Assembly: GCA_025463165.1 (NCBI GenBank)
Contig: JAOBAU010000027.1
Span: 1 to 55,265 of the forward strand
Length of the DNA stretch: 55,265 nt
Source: Acidobacteriota bacterium
GTDB taxonomy: Bacteria; Acidobacteriota; Thermoanaerobaculia; Gp7-AA8
Reading direction: 5' to 3'
Made by a program: the position numbers and the translations under genes. The notes beneath the pieces are model-generated. The model was not told where the DNA came from, did not search any database, and saw only the letters and a list, made by a program, of their open reading frames with translations. Numbering within the stretch: position 1 is the stretch's first letter; the number at the start of each line of letters is the position of its first letter. Of the stretch, positions 10,196 through 21,100 are shown in pieces.

Positions 10196-11508
10196 TTCGT
10201 CTGCCGGATCGGTTCGTCGGGCGTTCGCACCGGCGAGCGATTGCCGTCGGTATCGATGGCGCGCACGCCGAAGAAGTAGTTGTCAATGCGCACGTCTTTC
10301 GCCGTGAACGTGCCGACTTTGCCGACGGCGATGACGCGCTCCCATTCGTCGCCGGTCGTCTCGCGAATGACGATCTCGTATCCGGCGAGATCGGCGTCGG
10401 TGCCGACGTCCCACGTGAGCGTCGTGTCGTCGCTGACGGCGCCGGCGACTTTCACGTTTTTCGGCGCGGACGGCGCGCACGCCGCGGTCGCGAGTGCGAC
10501 CGTGTTCGTGCTGGCGACGAGCTTCAGGTAATCGGCAGAAACGAACTGCGGGAGATCGCCGTACTGCACGCCATTCTCGACCCGCACGTTCTGATGCTGA
10601 TGCCGATAGTTCTCGTTCGCCTCGGTGAATCGGATGGCGGGAAATCCGCGATCGAAGAACGGCGCGTGATCGCCGCCGCGCCGATAACGATCGAGTCGAT
10701 AGACGAGACGAACGTTCACCTGCGGCAGCCAGCGCCGCGCGCCGTCGCGAACGAATCGCGCCCAATGACGCGACGTCGAATCGCCGATCGGCAGCGTGTT
10801 CGCGGAGAAGATGCGCAGCGTGCGGTTGTCGATCGCGCCGCTGCTTCCTTCGACGCTGCCGGCGATGTCGTTGGTGATGTCGCCTTCGACGTTCCACTTC
10901 TCCGCGAGCGCGTGATCGGCCAGTCCGGTAGAGCCGAACAGTCCCTGCTCTTCGCCCATCACCGCGGCGAGCACGATCGTCGCGTCGGTCGGATATTGCG
11001 ACAGCACGCGCGCGACTTCCATGATCTCGGACGTGCCCGACGCGTCGTCGTTCGCGCCGGGTGCGTCGCCGATCGGATCCATGATGTCGCTGTTCATCGA
11101 GTCGTAGTGACCGGTGGCGACGTAGACGCGATTCGGATCGGTCGTTCCTTTGATCGTGGCGACGACGTTGATCATCTCCGCCGGCTGATCTTTCGTCCGC
11201 GGTCCGCTCTGCATCGACGATTGATACGAGATCGTCATCCGCCCCTTGCTGGCGGCGGCGTAACGCGAAAGCTCATCGAAGATCCAGCGCCGCGCGGCGC
11301 CGATGCCGCGCGTGCCGGACTTCGTGTCCGACAGCGAGTGGCGCGTGCCGAACGACGCGAGCTTCTCAACGGTCTGCTTCATCTTCGCGCCGTCGATGCG
11401 CGCGAGCACTTCGTCGAGCCGCAGCGAGGCGCAACGATTTTCCTGCGCGAAGGCGGAGGTGGCGAGAGTGAGCGAAAGGAACGCGAAGAACGTGCGGCGG
11501 AGCGTCAT
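10186..11508 (-). CDS. M28 family metallopeptidase with C-terminal fibronectin type III domain
   Basis: Start MTLRRTFFAFLSLTLATSAFA (signal peptide) at 11508 overlaps the upstream stop (ATGA). M28 core: GHYDS...GANDDASG...EEQGLFGS. The C-terminus is FN3-like (TLTWDVGTDADLAGYEIV...). Confidence 0.85.
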   Translation of the reverse strand: MTLRRTFFAFLSLTLATSAFAQENRCASLRLDEVLARIDGAKMKQTVEKLASFGTRHSLSDTKSGTRGIGAARRWIFDELSRYAAASKGRMTISYQSSMQSGPRTKDQPAEMINVVATIKGTTDPNRVYVATGHYDSMNSDIMDPIGDAPGANDDASGTSEIMEVARVLSQYPTDATIVLAAVMGEEQGLFGSTGLADHALAEKWNVEGDITNDIAGSVEGSSGAIDNRTLRIFSANTLPIGDSTSRHWARFVRDGARRWLPQVNVRLVYRLDRYRRGGDHAPFFDRGFPAIRFTEANENYRHQHQNVRVENGVQYGDLPQFVSADYLKLVASTNTVALATAACAPSAPKNVKVAGAVSDDTTLTWDVGTDADLAGYEIVIRETTGDEWERVIAVGKVGTFTAKDVRIDNYFFGVRAIDTDGNRSPVRTPDEPIRQTKWR

Positions 11509-12941
11509 GGCAACCATCCCATCTCTTTCACGAACGTGTCGGTGTGCGTTTTCTCGAGGATCTTCATCACATCTTCGCGAGACGCGTGCGGCGCGATCGG
11601 CTGCTCGCGATCGGCGACCGCGTACGCGGCGACGGCGAGTGTTGCGGCGTTCCCGGCGAGGTTGTGCGGATCGATTTTGTCGATGGTGTCGGCGGAGCGG
11701 TGATGGACGTCGAAGTATTTCGAGAGGTCGGGCATCAGCTCGAGCGTCGGGATTCCGTTGAGCAGGAAGAATGCGTGATCGGACTGCAGCACGAACTGCG
11801 TCGAGTCGCTGACGTCCGCCGCGCCGAGATCGGTGAGCAGCGCTTTCGCGATGGGACGAAACGCGTCGGCAACGTCGGTGCGGCCGACGGTCGCCCATCC
11901 TTTCGGATGTCCGGAGCCGGCGTCGGCATTCAGCGCGGCGATGCAGTTCGCGAGCTCCGCCTTATGCGTCTGTGTATACGCCTGCGAGCCGAGGAAACCT
12001 TCTTCCTCGCCGGCCCAGAGGATGAAGCGGATGGAGCGTCGCGGCGGGCGGCCGAGCGCGGCGATGGCGCGCGCGGATTCGAGCACCATCGCGCAGCCGC
12101 TGCCGTTGTCCTGCGCGCCGCTGCCGACGTCCCACGAATCGAGATGACCGCCGACCGCGACCCATTCATCGGGACGCTCGCTGCCGCGAATCTCCGCGAC
12201 GACGTTGTGCAGCGTGTGCGCGGGCGTGAACGCGCTGTCGTACGAATAGTCGATCGTCACCCTGCCGTTCGCGGCGAGACGCTCGAGCATCTTCGCGTCT
12301 TCCATCCCGAGTTGCGCGATCGGCAATGGCGGCGTGGTGTCGACGCCCCACGTCGCTTCGAGCATGCCGAGCGCGTTGTCGGCGTTGCCGAATCCGACGA
12401 GCACGCCGCGCGCGCCGGCGGCTTTCAGTGCGTCGAGCGCGGCGAGGTACGGTTTGTATCCGGCGAAGTAGCCGTTCCGGAAGACGGTGGCGATGGAGAG
12501 GAGAACGACGCGGCCTTCGAGCTCTTTCGCGCGGCCGCGAATGCTGTCGACGGCGAGATCGCTGACCGGCACGACGTCCGCGCGTATGCCGCCCGGCGGC
12601 GTGGGCGACGTCCAGCCGAACGGCGTCAGATGCAGCGTCTGCTGCAGCGGCGCGACGATGTGCGCGCTTGCGGTGCCGCGCGTCCAGCCGCGCGAGATTC
12701 GCACCTCTTCGAGACGCACGCTCGTGACACCCGCGGCCCTGAACTGCGCGGCCGTCCATTCGGCGGCGCGGTCGAAGCCGCTGCTGCCGATCAGGCGAGA
12801 CCCGAACTGATCGGTGAGCTCGCGTGCATACTGCATCGAGTGGCCGTGCACGAGGATCGAGCCGGCGATCCGCTCGACGTCGGCATCGGCGGCGAAGAGT
12901 GAGGTTGTGGTGAAGAGAAGGAGGGCGAGCAGTCGCTTCAT
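11505..12941 (-). CDS. M28 family aminopeptidase with PA domain
   Basis: Signal peptide MKRLLALLLFTTTSLFA. M28 motifs: GGHLDSWDVGSGAQDNGSG and WAGEEEGFLGS. Confidence 0.85.
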   Translation of the reverse strand: MKRLLALLLFTTTSLFAADADVERIAGSILVHGHSMQYARELTDQFGSRLIGSSGFDRAAEWTAAQFRAAGVTSVRLEEVRISRGWTRGTASAHIVAPLQQTLHLTPFGWTSPTPPGGIRADVVPVSDLAVDSIRGRAKELEGRVVLLSIATVFRNGYFAGYKPYLAALDALKAAGARGVLVGFGNADNALGMLEATWGVDTTPPLPIAQLGMEDAKMLERLAANGRVTIDYSYDSAFTPAHTLHNVVAEIRGSERPDEWVAVGGHLDSWDVGSGAQDNGSGCAMVLESARAIAALGRPPRRSIRFILWAGEEEGFLGSQAYTQTHKAELANCIAALNADAGSGHPKGWATVGRTDVADAFRPIAKALLTDLGAADVSDSTQFVLQSDHAFFLLNGIPTLELMPDLSKYFDVHHRSADTIDKIDPHNLAGNAATLAVAAYAVADREQPIAPHASREDVMKILEKTHTDTFVKEMGWLP

Positions 12942-12968
12942 GCGACGTGCATCATCGCAGAAGAGCCC

Positions 12969-13943
12969 TTACTTCTTGATCGACAGCTTCGACGACGCCG
13001 CGTCCAGATACACCTTCGTCGACGACGGCACGATCGATGAGCGGCGGCCCTTCTGGATCGGGAGCTTCGCGTAGACCTGCGTGGAGAGAATCGACGCGTG
13101 GCCGAGGATCTCCTGGATTTCGCGAATGTCGGTGCCGGCGGAGACGAGCATCGCGGCCATGGTGTGGCGCAGCGAGTGCGGCGTGATGTGGCGTTTGATC
13201 TCGGCGAGGCGAACGTGCTTCTTGAAGATGTTCTCGATCGAGTAGATCGTCAGGCGCGTGCCGGAGCGGCCGACGAACAGCGCGGTCGTGTCGAGCTTCC
13301 GCTCGGCGCGGAGATCGAGATAGTTGACGAGCGCGTCGGAAACGCCTTCCGCGGTGACCGAGACGGCGCGTCCGCGCGTGGCGCGGCCGGTGATGCGGAT
13401 CTGCCGCTTGTCGAAATCGACGTCGGCGATGTTCAGCGCGACGAGCTCGCCGATGCGGATGCCGGTCGAGAAGAGCATCTCGAGAATGACGTTGTCGCGC
13501 ACGGCGCAGAAGTAACGATTGCGCGCGCCGGGCGAAGTGTCGCGCAGCGCGGAGAGCTCGGTGATCTGTTCCTTCGGCGCGGCGAGGAGCGCGCGGGTCT
13601 CACGCGACGAGAGCACGGTCGGCACGCGATTCTCGACGGGACGCTTGATCTTCAGCTTGCGCGCCGGCGACTCGTGCACGACGCCGCTCTCTTCGAGGTA
13701 GCGGAAGAACACTTTCAGCGCGGCAACCTTGCGGCGGATAGACGTGTCGCGGTAGGTCTCCGTACCAAGCTTGTCGAGATAACCTTCCAGATGCTCGGGG
13801 GTGATCTCGACCATGTTCGCGTCCGGCATATGGACGTGAAACTGGCTGAGATCCGACTGGTACGCACGCAGCGTGCGGTCAGAGAGATTGCGCACACTCT
13901 GGCCGTGCTGGAGAAAGTCGGCAATCGCCTGTTGCACGTTCAT
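12969..13943 (-). CDS. Tyrosine recombinase XerC/XerD family
   Basis: Start MNVQQAIADFLQH at 13943. N-terminal SAM-like domain (RTLRAYQSDLSQF). Catalytic motifs are HSLRHTMA and LGHASILSTQVY. Confidence 0.85.
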   Translation of the reverse strand: MNVQQAIADFLQHGQSVRNLSDRTLRAYQSDLSQFHVHMPDANMVEITPEHLEGYLDKLGTETYRDTSIRRKVAALKVFFRYLEESGVVHESPARKLKIKRPVENRVPTVLSSRETRALLAAPKEQITELSALRDTSPGARNRYFCAVRDNVILEMLFSTGIRIGELVALNIADVDFDKRQIRITGRATRGRAVSVTAEGVSDALVNYLDLRAERKLDTTALFVGRSGTRLTIYSIENIFKKHVRLAEIKRHITPHSLRHTMAAMLVSAGTDIREIQEILGHASILSTQVYAKLPIQKGRRSSIVPSSTKVYLDAASSKLSIKK

Positions 13944-14071
13944 TGTCGTAACACCTTTGTTGCAGCTGGAATTTTTTGGAGAAACCCGAGTCGAAGTGTC
14001 GAGCGGCGACCGCTTTTTGTCAAGGGTTATTTGTTCTCGCGGTATGCGGTAACCGCATGACACAATGACGA

Positions 14072-14470
14072 TTGCGCGTACGAGCTGCGCGCTTACCCGT
14101 GCGAGGACAACGACTTTTCATCCGCCCGCTCGACCCGCAGGACCTGGATGCGGTTCGCGATTTTCTCGCACGTCACGGCCACGTCGCTGGCACGCCAGCA
14201 TCCGGCGCGATCGGAAAACTCGTCGGCGAGCTCGTTGCGGTGGCGATGACCAGCGATGCCGGGGACGCCATCCGGCTCGACGATCTCTTCGTCGCGCCGG
14301 AGTTGCGGAAGAAACGGATCGGCCGCTTCATGGTCGACGAACTGGTGAACATCGCGGGAACGTTGAACCGCCAGCGTCTCATCGTGGAAGAGCCGGGCAA
14401 CGCGGCGAAGTTTCTGGAGAAGGTCGGATTCGTGCAGCAGGGCTCGCAATGGGAACGGAGAACGCGATGA
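14072..14470 (+). CDS. GNAT family N-acetyltransferase (start uncertain)
   Basis: Acetyl-CoA binding region LFVAPELRKKRIGRFMV. TTG start at 14072, with an alternative GTG at 14099. The stop overlaps the next start (ATGA at 14467-14470). Confidence 0.7.
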   Translation: MRVRAARLPVRGQRLFIRPLDPQDLDAVRDFLARHGHVAGTPASGAIGKLVGELVAVAMTSDAGDAIRLDDLFVAPELRKKRIGRFMVDELVNIAGTLNRQRLIVEEPGNAAKFLEKVGFVQQGSQWERRTR

Positions 14471-16650
14471 AACGGTGGGCGGGGTTGTGCGGTGTGGCGT
14501 TTTTGTTCGCGTGTCAGCAGTCGACGCACACCACGCCCCCGGCGCCGGCGCCGCTCGCGGTTGCGCCACAAAACTCCGAGCCGATCGCCGCGACGCTCGA
14601 CGAAGCACGTTCGCTCCGCACCAGCGGAAAGCTGATCGCGTACGAAGCATCGCTCAAAGTGCTGGCCCGTTCGACCGACGCGCAGACCCGCGCACGCGCC
14701 ACCACGCTCCTCGGGCTGTTCGAGCTCGACCAGAAACGCGCCGCCGAAGCGCTCGTATCGCTGCGTCAGGCGGCGGAGCTCTCGCCGTCGATCGCACCGT
14801 ATTTACGATTGCGCATCGCCGAGCTCGATCCGGCAAACGCGATCGCGACGCTGCAGCAGATCATTCAGGAGACGCCGGCCAGCTCCGCCGCAACCGTCGC
14901 ACGTCTTCGCCTGCCCGGTTACTACGCGCTGGCCGGCAACATCGCGGCCGCCGACTCCGCGATGACCGCGACCGCCGCGATCTCCATCGATGAGCTGACC
15001 GAATCCGATTTCGTGGAGCTCGCGGCAACGCTGGAAAAAGCAAACCACGCCGACCTCGCCACCGCCATCCGCCTTCGCCTGCTGACGCAGTTTCCGCAGG
15101 GACGCTTCACCGAAACGACGTACGCGAAACTCGCGCAGCTCGATCCTTCCCCGCTCGACGCCATCTCCGGCGAGGCAGCGCTCGACCTCGCCCGCCGCCT
15201 CGGCACGAACGATCGCTACGATCAGGATCTCGATCTGCTCGCGCGCATCGCGCGCCGCTTTCCCGACCAGCCGGCAACGGCTGCTTACCGGACGATCCGG
15301 CTGCGCGCTCTCTTCAACACGCGCCGCTATCGCGAGCTGCTGACCGAGACCGCATCGCTCAAAGTCAGCGATCCCGCGCTCGCGCTGATGCGCGCACGCG
15401 CCGCGTGGCGCGCCGGACAGCCGGCCGACTTCCTCGCCGGACTCAACCAGGTCGAGCGCGACTTCCCGCAAAGTCCGCAGGCGATCGAAGCGAAAGTGCT
15501 GCGCGCGAAGTACTACACGACCGACGAAACGAACTACGACGTCGCCATCGCCGATCTCCGCGGCGCGGTCGACGCCGGCGCCTCCGGTGGCGAAGGCGAA
15601 AACCTCTGGAACCTCGGCTGGACCTACGTCCTCGCGCATCGCGACGACGAAGCGCTGCAGACGTTCGATCGCTACGCGCGCACGTTTCCCGACGGCGACT
15701 ACCTCAGCAATTCTCTCTTCTGGTCGGCGAAGATCTTCGATCGGCGCGGCCTCATCGCCGAGCGCGACGCGAAGTTCCGGACGCTGATCGCCAGCTATCC
15801 GTTTTCGTATTACAGCTATCGCGCGAAACAGCTGATGGGCGGCGTGCCGGCGACCCCGACGTTCTCGCAGACGTTTCCCGACATCACCATTCAACTCGAC
15901 GACGTCGGCACGTCGCGCTTCGCCGCCGTACAGGAACTGGCGTATCTCGGTTTGATGCGCGACGCCACGCGCGAGCTCAAGCTGCTCGCCGCCGCAAATC
16001 CCGACAACCTCGGGCTCGCCTTCGCGCTCGCCGATCTCTACGTTCAGGCCGGCGAGCCGTTCAAAGCGAATGGCGTGCTGCAGCGCCGCTTCCGCCAGTT
16101 CGTGCGCCACGGCGGCAACGACATCCCCCAGCGCTTCTGGGAGATTCTCTTCCCGCTCAACTACTGGGAAACGATTCGCGACGAAGCGGGACGGCGCCAG
16201 ATCGATCCGTATCTCGTCGCGTCGATCATCCGTCAGGAAAGCGGCTTCGAACCGACCGTCGTTTCGAACGCGGGGGCAGTCGGCATCATGCAGATCATGC
16301 CGGCGGAAGCGGCGTCGATCGCGGCGCGCGCCGGCCTCATCGACGTGACGCGCGAATCGCTCTTCGATCCGAAGATCAATATCGCCGTCGGTGCCGCGGA
16401 ATTCGTGCAGAAGCTGGCGGCCGTGAATGGAAACGATACGCTCGCAATCGCGGCCTACAACGCCGGTGAAGACGCCGTTGGCAAATGGATTGCTCACACG
16501 CCCATCGATGACATCGACTTATTCGTAGAGTCGATCCCGTATTCGGAGACTCGGCTTTACGTCAAAAGCGTAACGAGAAATCGCTTCGAGTACCGGCGGA
16601 TCTATGACGTTGCATCGGGTTCCACGCAGCAACAGACGGCGCGCCGCTGA
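14467..16650 (+). CDS. Soluble lytic murein transglycosylase (Slt70-like: helical repeat region plus SLT domain), lipoprotein
   Basis: Start MKRWAGLCGVAFLFAC at 14467. A long helical repeat region is followed by SLT catalytic motifs ESGFEPTVVSNAGAVGIMQIMP and AAYNAG. Confidence 0.85.
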   Translation: MKRWAGLCGVAFLFACQQSTHTTPPAPAPLAVAPQNSEPIAATLDEARSLRTSGKLIAYEASLKVLARSTDAQTRARATTLLGLFELDQKRAAEALVSLRQAAELSPSIAPYLRLRIAELDPANAIATLQQIIQETPASSAATVARLRLPGYYALAGNIAAADSAMTATAAISIDELTESDFVELAATLEKANHADLATAIRLRLLTQFPQGRFTETTYAKLAQLDPSPLDAISGEAALDLARRLGTNDRYDQDLDLLARIARRFPDQPATAAYRTIRLRALFNTRRYRELLTETASLKVSDPALALMRARAAWRAGQPADFLAGLNQVERDFPQSPQAIEAKVLRAKYYTTDETNYDVAIADLRGAVDAGASGGEGENLWNLGWTYVLAHRDDEALQTFDRYARTFPDGDYLSNSLFWSAKIFDRRGLIAERDAKFRTLIASYPFSYYSYRAKQLMGGVPATPTFSQTFPDITIQLDDVGTSRFAAVQELAYLGLMRDATRELKLLAAANPDNLGLAFALADLYVQAGEPFKANGVLQRRFRQFVRHGGNDIPQRFWEILFPLNYWETIRDEAGRRQIDPYLVASIIRQESGFEPTVVSNAGAVGIMQIMPAEAASIAARAGLIDVTRESLFDPKINIAVGAAEFVQKLAAVNGNDTLAIAAYNAGEDAVGKWIAHTPIDDIDLFVESIPYSETRLYVKSVTRNRFEYRRIYDVASGSTQQQTARR

Positions 16651-18046
16651 CGCGCTTGCAGCTTCCCTCCTTCTCGCACTTCTGACGACCCAGACAGCCG
16701 CGGCGAACACGACGCAGCTTCTGCTGACGCGCGACCGCGAGCACGCCGACGCCGCCGAATACAAGGGGCTCGTCGATCTCTCCGTCAATCCCGGCTTCGA
16801 CGACGCCCGCGTCACGATCACCCTCGACGGCCAGAAGCTCACCGACGCGCTGCGTGCGCCGTATCGCCTGACCGTCGACTTCGGTCCGATCGCCGTCCAG
16901 CATCGGATCGTCGTCACCGCCTGGTCGCGCGACAAAAACCGCGTGCAATGGAGCGAGACGATCAATCGCGGCCTGCTGCCGCTGAGCGTGAAACTGAAAG
17001 CGGTCGATGCCGCGGCCGGCATCTTCGAAGCGACCGTCACCGCGCCGAAAGAAGACCCGATCGCCGCCGTCGAGTTGTGGGACGAAGGAAAGCTGAACGC
17101 GTCGATCACCGAGCCGCCGTACCGCTTCACGGTCGCGTCCGCGGCCGGCCGATCGGATGCGTTCGTGCAGGTCACCGCGAAAACGAAATCGGGCGAAGAG
17201 GCCGCCGACTTCTGGTCGAGCGCCGGCGAAGTACATGTCGAGTCGGTCAACGTGCGCGAAGTGCCGCTCTTCGTCTCCGTCATCGACCGCGACGGCGTCA
17301 CACGCGACGATGTCGACCGTTCGCTCTTCCGCATCATCGACAACGACTCCGAAGCGAAAATCGTCGAGTTCGGCAAGGCGTTCGATCAGCCGATCTCGAT
17401 CGCGCTGCTCCTCGACGCGTCCGCCAGCATGACCTACACGATGCACGCGGCGATCGCCGCGGCGCAGTCGTTCGTACAGAAAACGCTGCGGCCGAACGAT
17501 CGCTGCGCGCTCTTCGCCATCCGCGACGTTCCGCGCCGCGTGCAGGAGATGACGAACGATCGGTTGGCGGTCGAGAGAGCGTTGAAGAACGTTCAGCCGA
17601 TGGGACGGACGTCGCTCTATGACGCGATCGAGAGCGCGCTGCGCGAGCTGAAGGATGAGAAGAACCGCCGCGCCGTCGTCGTCCTGACGGACGGCGGCGA
17701 TACGACGTCGCTGGCATCGTTCGACGAGGTCGAGAAAGATGCGAAGCAGGCCGGCATCCCGATTTACGTGATCGCCTACACGGTCGAAGGCGTGCCGCTC
17801 GACACGCAGGACTTCGAGCGGATGAAGTTCCTGACCAGCGAGACCGGCGGCTTCGTCGCGGTCGCGTCGAACGAACAGAACCTGCAGGCGCGCTACGGCG
17901 AGATCGAGAAAGATCTGCGCGCGCAATTCGCGATCCGCTATCAGGTCACCGACTACGCGAAGCGCAACGAGTGGCGAAAGGTGCGCGTCGTGCTGGCGTC
18001 GCCGCGGCTGACCGCGCGGACGATTCGCGGATACTTCGCGCCGTAG
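16604..18046 (+). CDS. von Willebrand factor type A domain protein, secreted
   Basis: Signal-like N-terminus. VWA MIDAS motif LLLDASASM...TDGGDT. Confidence 0.8.
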   Translation: MTLHRVPRSNRRRAADALAASLLLALLTTQTAAANTTQLLLTRDREHADAAEYKGLVDLSVNPGFDDARVTITLDGQKLTDALRAPYRLTVDFGPIAVQHRIVVTAWSRDKNRVQWSETINRGLLPLSVKLKAVDAAAGIFEATVTAPKEDPIAAVELWDEGKLNASITEPPYRFTVASAAGRSDAFVQVTAKTKSGEEAADFWSSAGEVHVESVNVREVPLFVSVIDRDGVTRDDVDRSLFRIIDNDSEAKIVEFGKAFDQPISIALLLDASASMTYTMHAAIAAAQSFVQKTLRPNDRCALFAIRDVPRRVQEMTNDRLAVERALKNVQPMGRTSLYDAIESALRELKDEKNRRAVVVLTDGGDTTSLASFDEVEKDAKQAGIPIYVIAYTVEGVPLDTQDFERMKFLTSETGGFVAVASNEQNLQARYGEIEKDLRAQFAIRYQVTDYAKRNEWRKVRVVLASPRLTARTIRGYFAP

Positions 18047-18139
18047 GATGGGGTCAGGTCTTGAGTTTTGACGTGGGCTGACATTCGCCTTCGTCGCAAC
18101 ACTCCGCCCACGTCAAAACTCAAGACCTGACCCCATCCT
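18045..18139. repeat. Perfect 34-bp inverted repeat with a 27-nt loop (REP/MITE-like palindromic element)
   Basis: Left arm 18045-18078 is AGGATGGGGTCAGGTCTTGAGTTTTGACGTGGGC. Right arm 18106-18139 is its exact reverse complement. It fills the VWA-mfd spacer, and the left arm starts inside the VWA stop codon. Confidence 0.85.
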
Positions 18140-18153
18140 CTAGAATCCGCCCC

Positions 18154-21100
18154 GTGGATCGCAACGACCTCCTTTTGAAATCCCTCCGCGCCGAGCTTGC
18201 GCGCAGCCCGTCCTTCAAACGCGTCCGCTTCGAAGAATCGGGACGCGTCGAAGTCACCGGCGCGTCGTTCGAAGCGCGCGCGCTGCTGCTGGCCACGCTG
18301 CAGGAACAGACCGGCAAGCGGATCGCCATCATCACGCCCGGTGACGCGGCGCTCGACGATTTCGAACAGGCGCTGCGGCACTTTCACCACGACCCGCGCT
18401 GCGTCTCCGCCTATCCCGCCCGCGCGCTTTCACCGTATCAGGACGTCAGCCCGTCGCTCGGCGTCGTGCGCGACGAGATCCGCGCGCTCGGCATGCTCGT
18501 CGATCGCGCCGCGGAGATCCTGATCATCCCCGCGCGCGCACTTTTCGCGCGACTGCCGAGCGCGCAGACCTTCGCCAGCCGCATCCTCCGCATCGAAGAA
18601 GGAGCGGAGCTCGACATGCGCGAGCTGCTGGTCACGCTCGTCGAGAACGGTTTCGTCCGCACCGATCTTGTCGGTGAATCGGGAGAGTTCGCATTTCGCG
18701 GCGGCATCCTCGATCTCTTCCCGCCCAACACCGCCCGCCCCGTGCGCGTCGAGCTGTTCGGCGACACGGTCGAGTCGCTGCGCTGTTTCGACGTCGAGAC
18801 GCAGCGCTCCGACGATCCGTCGGGCGCCGTCACCGTCTATCCGATGACGCAGTTCGCAATCACGAAGGAAGCGCGCAGCGCCATCGCCCGCCGTCTCTCG
18901 CTCGACTTCAACGATCCGATCTACAAGCGCGAGCTCGCCGACAAGATCGAGCGGCTCAGCGAGAACGGCACGTTCCCCGGCGTCGAGCACTACGTTCCGG
19001 TCGCGCTCGAGACGGTTTCGCTCTTCGATTATCTCGACGGCTGGGAGCTCGTCCTCATCGAGCCCGATCAGGTCACGACGACGATCGCGCGCTACGAATC
19101 GCTGCTGCGCAACGAATATGAAGCGGCGTCGGAGAAAGGACGTCCTGTCTATCCGCCGGAGCGCGTCGTCACGGCAGGACTCGACGTCTTCGCGAAGCTC
19201 GATGCGTCGCGCATTTCGATGAGCGAGGTCTACGTCGCTTCAAAGGCCGCGAACGTCACCGAACTGCGGCTGCACGCGGCGACGACCGATCGCTATACGA
19301 ACCGCCTCAGCGAATTCGCCGACGAAGTGAAACGCCGCCGCACCGACGGCAAACGCCAGGTGCTCTTCACGTCGACGAAGGGCGGACAGGAAAAAGTCGA
19401 GCGGTTGCTGAAGGAGTTCGACGTCGCGTTCGTCGACGACGCCAAGAAGCTCGGCGGCGACATCGTCATCGCCCCCGGCCATCTCGCACGCGGCTTCACG
19501 TTCGACGAGCTGAATCTCATCGCCTGGTCGGAATGGGATCTTTTCGAGCCGCCCACGTCCACGCGCCTCGGCGGCAAAAAGAAAAAGACCGACGCGTTCG
19601 TCACCGATCTTCGCGATCTGAAAGCGGGCGACTACATCGTCCATCTCGATCACGGCGTCGGCCGCTTCGTCGGCCTGCAGCGAATCTCATTCGGCGACAA
19701 CGAGCGCGAAGTGATGGAGCTCGAGTACTCCAACGGCGGAAAGCTGCTGATGCCGATGGAGAACCTGAACCTCATTCAGAAGTACTCGGGCGGCGGCGAG
19801 GAATCGAAGCCGCAGCTCGACAAGCTCGGCGGCACGACGTGGGCGCGCAAGAAAGCGTCCGTGAAGAAGGCCATGAAAGACATGGCCGACGAGCTCCTCA
19901 AGCTCTACGCCACCCGCCAGATGGTGCACGGCCATTCGTTCTCGAAGGATTCGCCGTGGCAGTTCGAGTTTGAAGACGCGTTCGAATTCGATGAGACCGA
20001 AGATCAGAACTCGGCGATTGATGACATCAAAGCCGACATGGAATCGCGCAAGCCGATGGATCGTCTGCTGTGCGGCGACGTCGGCTACGGCAAAACGGAA
20101 GTGGCGATGCGCGCGGCGTTCAAGTCAGTCATGGACGGCAAGCAGGTCGCAGTGCTCGCGCCGACGACCGTTCTCGCTTACCAACACTACCGAACGTTCC
20201 TCCGCCGCTTCGCGTCGTTTCCGGTGACGATCGATCTGCTCACCCGCTACTACTCCGCGAAAGAACAGAAAGCGATCAAAGACAAGCTCGCCACCGGCGA
20301 GATCGACGTGATCGTCGGCACGCACCGCGTCCTTTCGAAAGACATCGACTTCAAAGACATCGGGCTGCTGATCATCGATGAAGAGCAGCGCTTTGGCGTC
20401 GCGCAAAAAGAAAAGCTGAAGCAGATGAAGAAGGCGATCGACGTCCTGGCGATGTCGGCCACGCCGATTCCGCGCACGCTGCATATGTCGCTCGTCGGCA
20501 TTCGCGACATCTCAGTGATCGAGACGCCGCCGAAAGATCGGCTGGCCATTCAAACCGCCGTCGTGCCGTTCAACGACGAGTTCATTCGCGAAGCGATCGA
20601 GTTCGAGATCGGCCGCGGCGGCCAGGTCTTCTTCGTCCACAACCGCGTCGAATCGATCTATCAGATCAAAGAATATCTGGAGAAATTGATCCCCGGCCTG
20701 CGCTGCATCGTCGGCCACGGACAGATGGATGAACGCGAGCTCGAGCGCGCCATGCTCGCCTTCATCAATCGCGAGTTCGACGTGCTGATCGCCACGACCA
20801 TCATCGAGAACGGCATCGACATCCCGGCCTGCAACACGATCCTCATCAATCACGCCGAGCGCTTCGGCCTCTCGCAGCTTTACCAGCTGCGTGGCCGCGT
20901 CGGTCGCAGCGATCGTCTCGCGTTCTGCTATCTGCTCGTGCCGAGCGATCGCGTCCTCACCGGCGACGCGCGCAAACGGCTCTCCGCGATCCAGGAGTTC
21001 TCCGATCTCGGCGCCGGCTTCCGCATCGCGGCGCGCGATCTCGAGATTCGCGGCGCCGGCAATCTCCTCGGCGGCGAGCAGTCGGGCGAGATCGCCGCCG

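Noticed and set aside
12969-13943. The tyrosine recombinase as the integrase of a genomic island.
   Set aside because: There is no adjacent tRNA, no flanking direct repeats visible in the window, and no phage or mobility cargo. Its size and motifs fit chromosomal XerC/XerD.
14803-16497. The 564-aa minus-strand ORF antisense to the Slt gene, and many similar long antisense ORFs (for example 715..1674 -, 2849..3856 -, 16562..17926 -, 20512..21390 -, 22002..23078 +, 24292..25347 -, 53763..54755 +).
   Set aside because: These are shadow ORFs of a high-GC genome. Their composition is dominated by Arg/Ala/Gly/Asp, they have no recognisable motifs, and each lies fully inside a gene with strong family signatures on the other strand.
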